A stretch of 64,000 nt of DNA from Paramecium tetraurelia. Lineage: Eukaryota. The stretch covers positions 1 through 64,000 of the forward strand of contig CT868013.1 of assembly GCA_000165425.1 (NCBI GenBank), given 5' to 3'. Both the position numbers and the translations under genes were made by a program. The stretch's first letter is position 1. Every line of letters starts with the position of its first letter. Below the pieces are notes generated by a model. It saw nothing but the letters and a program-made list of their open reading frames with translations, was not told the origin of the DNA and made no database searches. Below are positions 26,300-38,488 of this stretch, one piece after another.

Positions 26300-26664
26300 T
26301 TATTTTAAATCTTTTATTTAATCGGGGCAATATAAATAATATATATATATCACAACTAATATAATAGTCCACTCACATCCACACCATTCTAAATTCTGTA
26401 AGTGTGATCATTCTCAAGATGTAAAACACATATCTGTATAAATTAATGTAATCTTTATAATTAAAATATTATTATGCATTTTAGCGTAATTCAATTTCAT
26501 TAAATTGACTTTTTATTCATCTTATAATCTCAAATTGACTCCTTTCCTTCTTCTCACTCAACAAAACAAAACTAGACATTTAAGTAAATACTGTTAAATA
26601 CAAATGAGTGATTATTTAATTTATATCTTTTTTTGTATAAATTATTATCAAATGTTTACAAATC

Positions 26665-27290
26665 AAGATTATTGGATAATCTTTGAAAAAGATGAAAGAC
26701 TGTTGGTGAACATATACAAATATTACTCCTATCCTTAAGTCACTAAAATAAGAAATTAGTATCCATCTATAATTTCTGTTACTTTAATGTACCTGAGCAT
26801 TAATAATCCAAAACAAGAAAAAGATTATACTAATTCTTAAGCCTTTTTCTATTTATATAAATCGCTATCCTATTTTAAAGATCACTTAATGAAATTTTTG
26901 TTATTTTCTGAAATATATATTAATTTCTTCAATTACTACTCCCATCACAGCTTTAATATCACTTTCCTCATCATCAAATTCTTCTCCAAGAAAGCCAACT
27001 GCATTTGAATGACAGTCTCTTAAATTTAATTAACGTAAAATAGCAACTGCTCTTTTAGTTTTGTATTCCAAACAAATCCAATAAGTGACTTTAAAGAAAA
27101 TGGATATTCATATAAGCATAACCTAGATTGGGCATATATTTCACTTATTCTATTTATTGCTCAATTTTAATTGATAATTGCAGCCCATTCTAACTTATAT
27201 TTTCTTTAAGGGATAATTTCTACTTATTTTTTACTCATGGGCTTCGATTTTTTATTAAGTAATATAAATTTAGCATTCTTATTCATAATT
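26665..27290 (-). pseudogene. Possible decayed or unidentified gene fragment
   Basis: Open code-6 frame ~27100-26665 (..WICLEYKTKRAVAILRQLNLRDCHSNAVGFLGEEFDDEESDIKAVMGVVIEEI..) with TGA-interrupted upstream sequence and no clean start. Confidence 0.3.
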
Positions 27291-27506
27291 TAATTGAAAA
27301 AATTATCAAATCAAATAATATACATATATATATTTTTAATCCTTGAAGGTTTTATAGAAAGCTCTATGAAATTATTTATAACCTTTCCGAAAATACAATT
27401 TATACTATTTCGTGATATTGATTTACATATAACTAGAGATAATTTTCAAATTGGATGTTTTTAATAAAACACGCAAATATGATGTAATCATTTTAAGATA
27501 GATTTC

Positions 27507-27737
27507 TCAATTGCGACTAACACAAGACAAGGGAGATTTTGAATTAGTCGTAACCTTAATGGATAATTTGCTTTGTTGATGTCGTCTAGCCAGTATAGAG
27601 TTATTTTTCATTTCTAACCAATTATCTTAAATTTTTTCAATGTTCAAAGTTTTCTGATTATTTAGCATAATGGGAACGTTTGCGATATCTAAATCTTTGT
27701 TTTTTTTATAATGAGAATTGCTGTTTACACATCCCAT
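27507..27737 (-). CDS. Small (76 aa) putatively N-acylated protein (MGC..., NSILARR motif)
   Basis: MGCVNSNSHYKK...EMKNNSILARRHQQ...SCVSRN-TGA; 231 nt, intronless. Confidence 0.65.
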
Positions 27738-27853
27738 ATCTATTTTTTTATTATTAATTAATGAATAACTATTCAGTGAAAAATGGTTATCATCAGAAAA
27801 ATTTATCCATATTTTATAAATAAAACAAAGGGAAAATACAAAAGAGGTATATT

Positions 27854-29310
27854 TCAATTCTTGGATTTGATCTCTTTAACTTAATAGTGTTGCTTAAATA
27901 TTTGCTGTTGAATAGGATTCTTGAAGTTAAAATATACTGAGGTAAAATGAAGTAGGTTACATTTAATTTCTATATCTTAGTGTTCGCTTTCCATCAATTG
28001 CTATTCGAAGCTTTGAGACTGAAGAGAGCACACTTCGGCAATGCCTTCAAATGTAGACACTTTTGCCATGTTATTATTTTATTGAATAGCCAAGCAATCC
28101 ACATTATCAGAGACTGAGAATCCATACTAAACACTGTTTTTACTGCCTTTTGTTTCCACAATGCTGAACTAAGTGTGACTAGTGCCATTGTCAGAGGACA
28201 CAATTAATTCCTCTTGAGCTGCAATGGTTTTCACATTTAAATTGGTTTGAGTTTCAATTAGAAATGGTCTAACATAAGAATGATGATTTTACCTTCTAAT
28301 GGTCACACAACTTTGAAAATTGAGATCGCATGAGTTCCTTTGTTTTTTGTGGTGTTTCTTTTTTTCTAATTTCATTCCTTAATTGGTCCAATCCAATCCC
28401 AACTTATTGGTGTTTTGGAGCTTGGAGAGGAATAACCCTCTCAGCATTCCATATTTAAGTCTAGAAGTGGGCTTCAATTCCTTTACATACCTCATATACC
28501 TAGTTTTGCAAGGGATAGTACTTAAGCATAGAGTTGGGACACCCGAAACACAACTCTTCCAATAAAACACTTTCCTTTAACTTGCCAATTTTGTCTAATC
28601 TTTGTACATCTGTTTTCTCGATATTCATCCATGGTAGATGTTGAGTGGTGAGGTAGATAAGAACATACCCGAGGGATTCTAGGTCGTCTTTGGGTGTTTG
28701 TTCGATGCCTTGGTGTGCTGAGATACAGGCATATCTACTGGTGCCGATGAAAGGTAACACTTTCTTTTTGTGGGTGAAATTAGAATCTGCGTCTTTTGAA
28801 ATTCCAAAATCGATTAAATAAATCTTATCTGATTCGTTCTTACTTAATATGTTCTCTGGTTTGATGTCTCTGTGAATTATATTCCTAAAAATAAACACAT
28901 AGTTATACTATTTGTGTATCTATTCCAAGATCCACAGCAATTGGTAGGCGATGCTGTTGATGCTATGCTACGAAAATTGTTTATATTATTTCTGATAATA
29001 GATGAGATCATGACCAAGCATTTTGGTGATCATGATATTGCATTTCTTGTACTCCCCATACCACACCAATTCAGGAATTTGAGGAACTCCCTTCAATTTG
29101 CTCAGCATCTCGACCTTGACTCATAGGATATGTTACTTCTCGAATCAAACTACCAAAGTTGGCCATCTCCTGCTTCTCCACCTTAATCGCTACTCCCTTT
29201 TTTGTTTTGATGCTCTTGCCGTAAAAAACTATTCCGAATGATCCTTGCGATAGTTTTTTTAATATTTCGTATTGATTGTCGATTATATCCCCTATTTAAA
29301 TTTAGAGCAT
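27854..29310 (-). CDS. Casein kinase 1 family Ser/Thr kinase
   Basis: SQGSFGIVF, VAIKVE, IHRDIKPENIL, LIDFGISK, FIGTSRYACISAHQGIEQTPKDDLESLGY, LPW; introns; low-complexity C-tail. Confidence 0.92.
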
Positions 29311-29619
29311 AATTTTATTAATAGAAAGAGAGCCTTTGTTTAATTTAAATAGCCTTAATGGCAGAGATCAATCGAGAAATAATACAAGCATTAATTGATA
29401 ATTGGTTGACAACGAATTACCTTTCACGTACATGATATCATATAATTTAAATTAAAAATGAAATAAAATAATATCACTTCTTAATTGAATAATGATTAAG
29501 CAAATAATATTATAATGGTAATTTCTAATGATATTTTTGATTTTATTCACAAGCTCTAAATGTGACTAATGCATTTGTGTATTTGAAATTATCGTAAAAA
29601 TTCGGATTAATTATTAAAA

Positions 29620-32166
29620 ATGGGAAATTGCAAGTCAGCTAACACCATAGATGTGTCCTGCAATCACAACAAACCTCACATTGCAATCTGTCTGGGCAAA
29701 GCATGCACGAGAGATGAAGGAGATAGAAGATTATGCGAGGAATGTTTGGTTGATCACATGTGCAATGATCGCATTACTATAGACGATGGTATTTGTTATT
29801 CTAAATCCTAAGCAATAAAGTTCGACAACTATGGGATCCAGGAAATAGTGGAGAAGTTCGACAGAGATTAAAATTCACCACATGCAACAGGTGGATTAAC
29901 TCAAACATTAGCAAATTTTAAAAATAATTTCTTTGAGAGTTTCAAATCGTATCAAGGATATTATGATATCTATTTGAATCAGTATCTCCTTTAAGGAATA
30001 CCTGATGCTGAAGTATTTGGAGAAGCGGCAAGTTAAATTGTGGAGGCATTTGAAAAAAATGATTTGGGTTACATCTAAAAGCAAGGATGTCAAATATTAC
30101 TCAACACTTACAATAATCCATAATTGATTAAATAGATCTTAAGCAATTTAGACTCAGCATCCAGAAAAATCTCAGTTTATCAGAATTAAGTCGAGTAGAA
30201 GTTGAGAAGATTGCAAGACTCATTCTTCAAGGAGCTTCTCTCCTTACCATACAATGTGTCTAAATAATTCAATGGTTCCATTCTTAATATAGATCCAAAA
30301 ACCTATTCGTATGAATTCTCGGCTTATTTGACAACTGTAGATACTAATAGGATGAGTGGATCATTGATCTCATTGAATTGCAGTGATCACAATCAGAAAA
30401 TCTAGGTTATCTGTTGTGACAGATGTCCGAATAAAGATAATAGATTGTGCGGTCAATGTTTGATAACTCATAAGTGCAATGCTGGATAAAGGATTAAATT
30501 GAAATCTTTCGGTTAGGATCAAGCTGCAATAATAGAGGCGGCGATGAAATATCAGAAGAAAGTATATATATATCTAATACACTCATAGAAGCAAGAGATA
30601 TCTGAGGCTAAATCCAAAGTGAAAGCCATTTTTGAAGACATAATGAGATAGGCAATCAAGGAAATCGAAATGTTGGGATAAAATTCTAAACGAGTGATGG
30701 GGGAATCTTAATTGGATGGGTTCGACTCCTAGATGAAGTAAGAATTGCCAGCTTACTTAAATAAATTAAAACTAGTACATATTGATATTTTATTAGTGGT
30801 ATTTGCCAATCGGAGCATGGTGAGTTTAGACTAAAGAGGAGTAGCAATCATTGCCTATTTGATACAACATCCTGAAATCAAAAACTAATTGGTTACCTTT
30901 GATGCATCCAACAATGCAGTCTAATATTTGAATAAATTAGTAATCCAATTGGAAGATGTCTCAAAGAGATTCTTACAGAGTGTATCACAAATTGAAGATA
31001 GTACTCATATATATTAATAGTTATAGTTGCAACCTTTGAAAAGAAACCAAGTTAAAATCTGGAATCTTCACATATTTACACTACTAATATTGTGGCTAAT
31101 CATGGTGCAACCATAACTCCTGTGGGAATGAATTTATCATTACAAAGATAACCATCAGCTAATTTGAATTTCTAGATTGATCAATCACTTGAAAATAAAT
31201 TAGATGGTTGTCCTGTTATTAAGGTACTCAAAGATTTTGGGGAAGATCAGGACAATTATGTGAGCGATATCATCTTTTATTAAAATCACTTGATAGTTTC
31301 AAATGTGGATGGACTGATCGTCATTTATTAAGGCATTGGTGAGAGCAAGATTGGGGAACACCAATTTGAAGGTAAATGTACCAGCATATGTGGATTTATA
31401 TACTAAGGCAAATTGGCTATAGCTGCATGGTATACTTAAGGTTCTATCTTTGTAGCATTGGCAATTTTGAAGAATAGAACATTGGAATTATTACATTCGA
31501 TAAGTCAATCTCCTTCTAAGGTCATTTGTAAGGACATACTGATCCAATTTTGATGGTCAAACAATTGATCAAACCTGAATACTTGGTCAGTTGTTCTGGT
31601 GATCATAGCATTAAGGTTTGGGACACATCCTCTAGTGGATTCTTGGAAAGCATTAAGGCTAAGACCATCAACAATCATAAAATGGCAGTCAGAGATGTGA
31701 TCTTAATTAATAACAATCAACTTGTATCTGGGTCATTTGATGAGACCATCCAGATCTACGATATCAAATCAGATCGAGTCATCTATGCCATTCAATGCGA
31801 GGATTGGATATACTGTGTATGACTATTATTTATTTGCAGTTATAAAATATCACTGAGAAGGCTTTTGCTGCAGGCACTGGTTCTGGGGATATTAGAATCA
31901 TTAGCACATCGAATTATAGTGAGATGCAGAGAGTCAGAGTAGCTCCCAATTATATCAAGAGTATTATGGTATTTCAAAATCCCAATTATCTATTCTTGTC
32001 GTGCAAAAACAGAGACAATTACATCATACGCATACAGGAATACAGGCAAATTGATTATATTACCAAGACTGAAGAAGTGGACTTTGTTCCTGAGGGGATT
32101 TGCTTAGTTGACAATTATATCATATATGGAGAAGCCAATTCTGTTAAAATTAAATATGCTAGTTGA
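29620..32166 (+). CDS. Protein with two Cys/His zinc-binding (B-box-like) modules and a C-terminal WD40 propeller; N-terminal MGNC
   Basis: CNHNKPHIAICLGKAC..RLCEECLVDHMC and CSDHNQKIQVICCDRC..RLCGQCLITHKC lie in one spliced frame. GHTDPI..LVSCSGDHSIKVWD and LVSGSFDETIQIYD; TGA at 32164-32166. Confidence 0.8.
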
Positions 32167-32194
32167 TATATATAATATTTAATATAATATTTAT

Positions 32195-34481
32195 ATGTTT
32201 TAGGATAGATATCAATACCTTTTGGCCTCATCTAATGAGATAGCTAGCTTATCCATTGATTGTAAATATTCCTCCTATTTTCAAGCCAATTACATCAAAA
32301 AGGGCAGTCTTCGAAGAATCTTTAAGAATGTTTAATTTGACACATTCGAGAATCAGCAATTAAAGGAATTCAAGGAATATCTCGATTCCATTCCAGTTGA
32401 ATATTTAAAAGAGTATGATTAATCTTATAATATTCGAGAGTTCAAAATGATTCCGTATTATTACGATTCTTGTATGCTCATAAATTTGTCAAAGAAGACA
32501 CTGTAAACTACTTTGTGGATCACTTAAATTGGTTAAACAACCCTGAAACTATGAATTTGGAAGATATTCCATAATATTCTAAATTAGTTTAAATTATTGG
32601 GAGAGATGAGATGCTAAGACCTGTGCTACACATATCTTTGAGTTTACCTCTTGATGACTTATTCATCAAGGCAATAACAAACAAACTTATTATTATGGAA
32701 GACTATATGTTTGTGCCTGGCAAAGTAGAAAGCTGGATTATGATTGTTGATTTAAGTTCAAATAACCCAAATATTAAACCTGAAAAAATAGAATAGGCAA
32801 TCAAGCATTTTGTGACTAACTTTCCAATGTCTCTAGAACAAATCTATTTTTTAGAGGTGAATTTAATATTGAAGTAAATTGGAGAAAATGTTTTAAAGCT
32901 TGATTAAATAAAAAAGCTCAATCTTGAAGATAAAATTACAATTACAACCAAAGCCAAATATGAGAAGGAGAAGATCCAATTTCTATCCCCGGAATACCTT
33001 CATTTATTTGAGAATGACACCTAATTAAATCACAGTTTATAGTAGAACCAACAGAATCCATTCTCAGTACTTTAATAATAGCCATCATAATCCTCTTTGC
33101 CATTTGCTCAATCTCCAAATCAAGTCATACGCAATTAACCAAATCAATCTAATCAAATCGCACAGCAACCCTCGCATTTAATACTTAATTAACCATAACC
33201 TACTTTATATGGTCATCCCCCTAAATTATCAAATGAGGGAGAATTGATTGGCCCATTGTATCCCATGATTGTCTATGCTTCTGCCTAGCCACAACCTTAT
33301 GTGCCCGAATATCATCATAAGGAATTCTAAATTCAGCCTGCCATTTAACCTGATCCTCATCATATGACGAACAACAACAATTACAATAACTTTTAAAATA
33401 ACATCCCCAACCAATAGAATTTCATGAAGACTCAGTACAATCCACAACAATAACAGTACAAAGGCCTCTCAAATCCTGATTATTTAGTGTAATTTATCAT
33501 CTGTCTATCATTAGTCGAACCAAGTATGATGACATCATAGATCAATACAATTGGAACAAGTATGGTGTCACTCCACAATTGCCATCAGTGGAACCTGAAA
33601 AAATCATCAATGATGTCACCATGCATGTCTCTTCACCCCTTCAACCATATTCACCCTTAACACCTACTCTACCAGGGATTCAATAAACAGTTAAAAAAAA
33701 TGACTTCAATTTAAATCATGACATCTATTCAACCTATAATAATAATCATTTTGAAGATCCCCTCATATCCAATAAAGATCATTACCCATAAATTTCAGAA
33801 CACCCTAGTTTGACACACTATGATCATCCACCAGACACTTTTAATAAATATTCAAACGTAGACCTACCAATGGAACCCCCATTTAATTAATCAAATAAGA
33901 AATACGACTTTGATCCATTACCCCATCAGCCCTACCAACCATATCAAAATATGGACTCCTATCCTCCCATCCATCATCAAATTGAAAAGAAATACGACTT
34001 TGGACCAATACCAAATAGACCATCTGAGCACTCCTTTCCAAACTCTTAAATCATTTATGACAAACCCTACATCCCTGATCGCAGCTCCATCGATACTCCA
34101 ATCACCACCATGAATTACACTCAACCAAAATACCAGAGTTATGTGCCTTAAACCCTCAGCAACTACCCCTTAAATACTTTACCATCCAATTTTCAAACAA
34201 TTCCTTTATCGTCGATCCCCCAAAATTCAGGCTACTCCCCATACTATCCCTAATAGCCCTTTAGTCCAATACCCAGCAGCACCAATCTATACACTGCTCC
34301 CAATTATCCAATTCCCATTTCCAAGCCCTAGCATTCCAGTTTGGAACAGCCCAAAATCGTAGAGCAAGATGGAATCAAATTCTAAGATGAAACCATGGTG
34401 GTTGGCGACAATGATCATAGGTAAACCAAGAATTCCAATAGAGACCCTGCCTTGGATCAATAATAATGTTCAATTTATTGA
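32195..34481 (+). CDS. CRAL-TRIO (Sec14-like) lipid-binding protein with long Pro/Gln/Tyr-rich tail and CaaX-like end
   Basis: DSVLLRFLYAHKF, IIGRDEMLRPVLHI, FVPGKVESWIMIVDL, NFPMSLEQIYFL; ends QQCSIY-TGA. Confidence 0.82.
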
Positions 34482-34675
34482 TATTTTTATATGCATAATT
34501 TACATAATTAATCTTGATACGCTCTCTCATTTAGTAATCTTAATGGTTCATCGTAATAATTAAATTATAGGTACTCTTACACGAATATTAATTAACATAA
34601 TTATATTTATTTACTGACATCACAATTAGTGATTTAAAAATTTCAAATCCTAATATCACTTTAATATTAAAATAA

Positions 34676-34885
34676 ATGGGTTGTTCATAAGCTAAGGCCA
34701 GATAGTCGATATCGCTCAAGCTTATATAGTTGAAATCTGCTTAGAATGAAGCTATGATTGAATAAAATCTCTAAAAGGACAATACAAAATTTAATATAAC
34801 GAGGAATCCTATCATCAAGAGAAGAGCGCAAAAGAAAAACAAGATGTCCCAAACTACAGTCTGCACCCCAACTATGATTTCATGA
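34676..34885 (+). CDS. Small (69 aa) putatively N-acylated protein (MGC..., NPIIKRR motif)
   Basis: MGCSQAKARQSISLKL...FNITRNPIIKRRAQKK...TPTMIS-TGA; 210 nt, intronless. Confidence 0.7.
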
Positions 34886-36525
34886 ATTTGTATTACACCC
34901 ATAATTATGTATTAAATCTCTAACCTAACTTGATGAGGGGAGATTTAAGACAGCTATTCACATTTCGTAAATTTTGATTAAGAATTTCGTTGTCCTTCCT
35001 TATTCTTGACAGTTACAACTCACATGCAAGAAAAATATTAATTATGAAATGTGTTATTTTGAATTCTAATAAGTAATATGGCCAACTACCCTTTAATCAT
35101 AATTTTCTAGAAACGTAGATAAGTTCTGAACCTAATTGATCCTAATTCTCAGTCGAATCAGTGTTATGAATTTAAAGAATTGAAAAAAATTGCCTTTAAT
35201 AATTTCGACGAATTTAATAACAGATTTTTAGAATAACATAATAATAATTGTTTGACCATAAAATTTTTGTTGCATAAATTTAAATTATAAGTATTTAGTA
35301 TAATAGCTATTCAATGGAATGAATATTTACAATTTTATTTTAGCAAAAAGATAACATTGTCTTGTGTTGTAACATTTAAAAATTAAATTTAATGGTCAAC
35401 TAAATTTTTATTCAATATAGATAATTAATTTAATAAAAAAATATCATCATAAATTTTTATAAACATCTTAAGAAATACCAATGGCCATATGTGTTTATAT
35501 TTCGAATTAAAAATCATCAATTCGCTATATAGTTAGAGTAACAATTGTTTTTGTAAAGCCAATCTCAAATTCTCTAATTCTTCAAATTCTAATTGTAATG
35601 CTGATGAAATTTATTACAACTACAGATAATAGGGCCTTTTTAAAGTTCCTTAAAAATACAATCAACTTGAAATTCATCTGATCATCAAATATAATCAACA
35701 TATAAATATATGCCATAAAATTTAATTTGTTAATACAAACCAGCCAAACAAATATAATTAGATTTAAGTTGAAGTTGGTAAAACAATCATGGAAGTATTT
35801 AATAAATAAAAATCAATATTAATTAAATGATTAAAGCTTATTTTAATTTTAAAGAATAATATAAATTTTAATAATGTCTAAAGCAACTACCAATTTTGTA
35901 ATCCAAAGGACTACTTAAATATTAAATTTAATCTTTTATTTATATCTAACTCCAAATGTAAAATGTATTAATGTGAAGAAGATAGATTAAGATAAATTAC
36001 AGAAACTAATAAGTTATGAAATAATATCATTAGGTCTTTATGATCAGTGACATAATTTTAATCTAAATTATGGCTTTAATTTTTATATATATCTCAATTT
36101 GTAATATTTTTTGTCAGCATAATTTTAATAAATATATTTTATAAATTACTGAAGGAGTGGTTTAAGGATACTGTTGTGAGATATTTATAATACTTTTTAA
36201 AAGCAATTGAAATTGAATGTTTTCATAGGACTAAAATCAACTTCTTAGAAAATTATAGTTGTTTTTCTAAATTGAATCTAAATACCTTCAATAAGAGGAG
36301 CAACTGTTGGTATATTATATTGATCAATAGAAGTAGAAGTAGAAGTTCTTTTACGATTAATCAATTATAATATTTATGTCTCTATTATTATAGCCTTCTT
36401 TTATTCCCTAATACCGAACTACTCATTGAATAAATAATTGATGAGGGAGAATTGCTTATATAATTAAGACCTTTTGATTCGAGGAATATTAATTTGAAAT
36501 TTAATTTTTTTTCATAAATCACAAA

Positions 36526-38378
36526 ATGCTTCGTCCAGGTTCCTCAATGAGTAAGGCCAAATAAACAAAAGCTGCAGCGCCAGTTTCTGGTGGAATGGCT
36601 GCGAGGGTTGTTCAAGAGAGAATGCCCACATTGGAAGAATATGTTAAAAATAGAGATTGGGTAGGGGCAATCTCACTCTTGGAAAATGAATAAAAGTATG
36701 ATCGGCTATTTATAGATTAGTTTTAATGATTCAAGAGCTGAACCTAAATTATGGCTGGCTTATGCATGTTTTCATAATGGAGAATATAAGTAAATAACTT
36801 TATACATTTGAAAATAGAAGGGCCATCTAGGTTTACGATTAGATGATGACCAAGCCTGATTACAACAAGGAGATCCACATCTACAAGGCTTGTTGCTTTT
36901 ATGCTCTATGTCAATACGAAGATGCCAAGAGAGAGTGTTCTAAAGGTCCAGAGACACCTCTGTCTGTGAGATTGTAATTGATTATATTCTAAGTCATAGA
37001 CAATTTCACATCGCTCATAAGAAAAATGACGAGAAGAATCTCATGACCTATCATCACAAGATATAAGAAACCGTCCATGATTAATTGTGCTTGGCAGCAA
37101 TTCACTATCTGAGAGGACATTACGAAGAAGTAACTGTTACTTTAAATATGATAGGCAACTGATGCATACAAAAAATTATTGCTTGAAAATAGAGAGTATA
37201 CAGCAATCAATGTTTACATCGCATTGTGCTATTATAAATTAGAATATTTTGATGTCTCTATTGAAATCCTATCCTCCTACCTAAAATAGTTTCCACAAAG
37301 TGTCACAGCCATCAATCTTAAAGCCTGCAATCAATTTTAATTATACAGTGGTAAATTGGCAGAGGAAGTATTCAAGCCTTTGCAACAATAATATGAAGGA
37401 ATCAATGTTTGTGAAGATAACGATTTGTTGAAACATAATTTAGTGGTGTTTAGAACTGGAGAGAATGCCTTAAAAGTCTTACCGCCTTTAGTTGAAATTT
37501 TTCCAGAGGCTAAACTCAACCTGATAGTTTATTATTTGAAAAATGAGGATATTGCAGAAGCATTTAACTTAGTGCAAGATCTTTAGCCAACCAACCCAAA
37601 AGAATATATCTTAAAGGCTGTTGTATTTGCTATGAAAGGATAATCCAGTCCTGATTAAAAGGAAGCCTTGAAAACTTCACAATAACTCTTCTAACTTGTA
37701 GGGTCTTCGGCTAGTGAATGTGATACTATACCTGGAAGATAATGTATGGCATAATGCTTCTTCCTTCTGAAACAATATGAAGATGTTCTGGTTTACTTGA
37801 AATCAATTAAACAATTTTTCTAAAATGATGATGACTTCAATTGGAATTATGGAATTGCATGTGCTGGTACTGGAGATTACAAAGAAGCTGAGGATGCATT
37901 AACGTAGATTCAATCTGAAAAATACAGAGTAATATTTTGATTCTATTTAGTCTGATGATATCTACATCAAGTGGATGACTAGAACATACATCATGAATGG
38001 CAAGGCAAAGTAAAATATATTGCATTATAATTTAGGGAAGCATGGGAATTGTACATTAATATGGAGACTTCAAGTGAATCCTTTTAGATTCTAGTGTTAA
38101 TTGCCAATGATTGTTATAAGATGGGGCATTTCTATTATGCTGCCAAGGCTTTTGATATTTTGCAGAGATTGGATTCAGATAATGGAGAACATGAGTATGA
38201 AGATGCTTTGAGAGGGTCAGTTGTAGGAGTGTTTCAAATGGTCATTACATCAAAGGAAACTTTGGATCATCTGATTGAAGTGATGAACATCATTACAAAT
38301 TCAGGGGACAATCCTTAAGTAGAGTACATTCTGAAAATAATTAAAAAATGGGGCAAGGAAAATAATTGGAAAATATGA
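36526..38378 (+). CDS. IFT56: Intraflagellar transport protein 56 (TTC26/DYF-13), TPR protein
   Basis: [90 protein letters not shown]. Confidence 0.93.
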
Positions 38379-38488
38379 AATATAAGTTATAAATTAATAG
38401 TTATTACTTTAAAAGATTTCTTAAAGAGTTGCGTATTAAACTTTAGATATAGAATATATATATATATTGATATAAAATGTCACATGAT

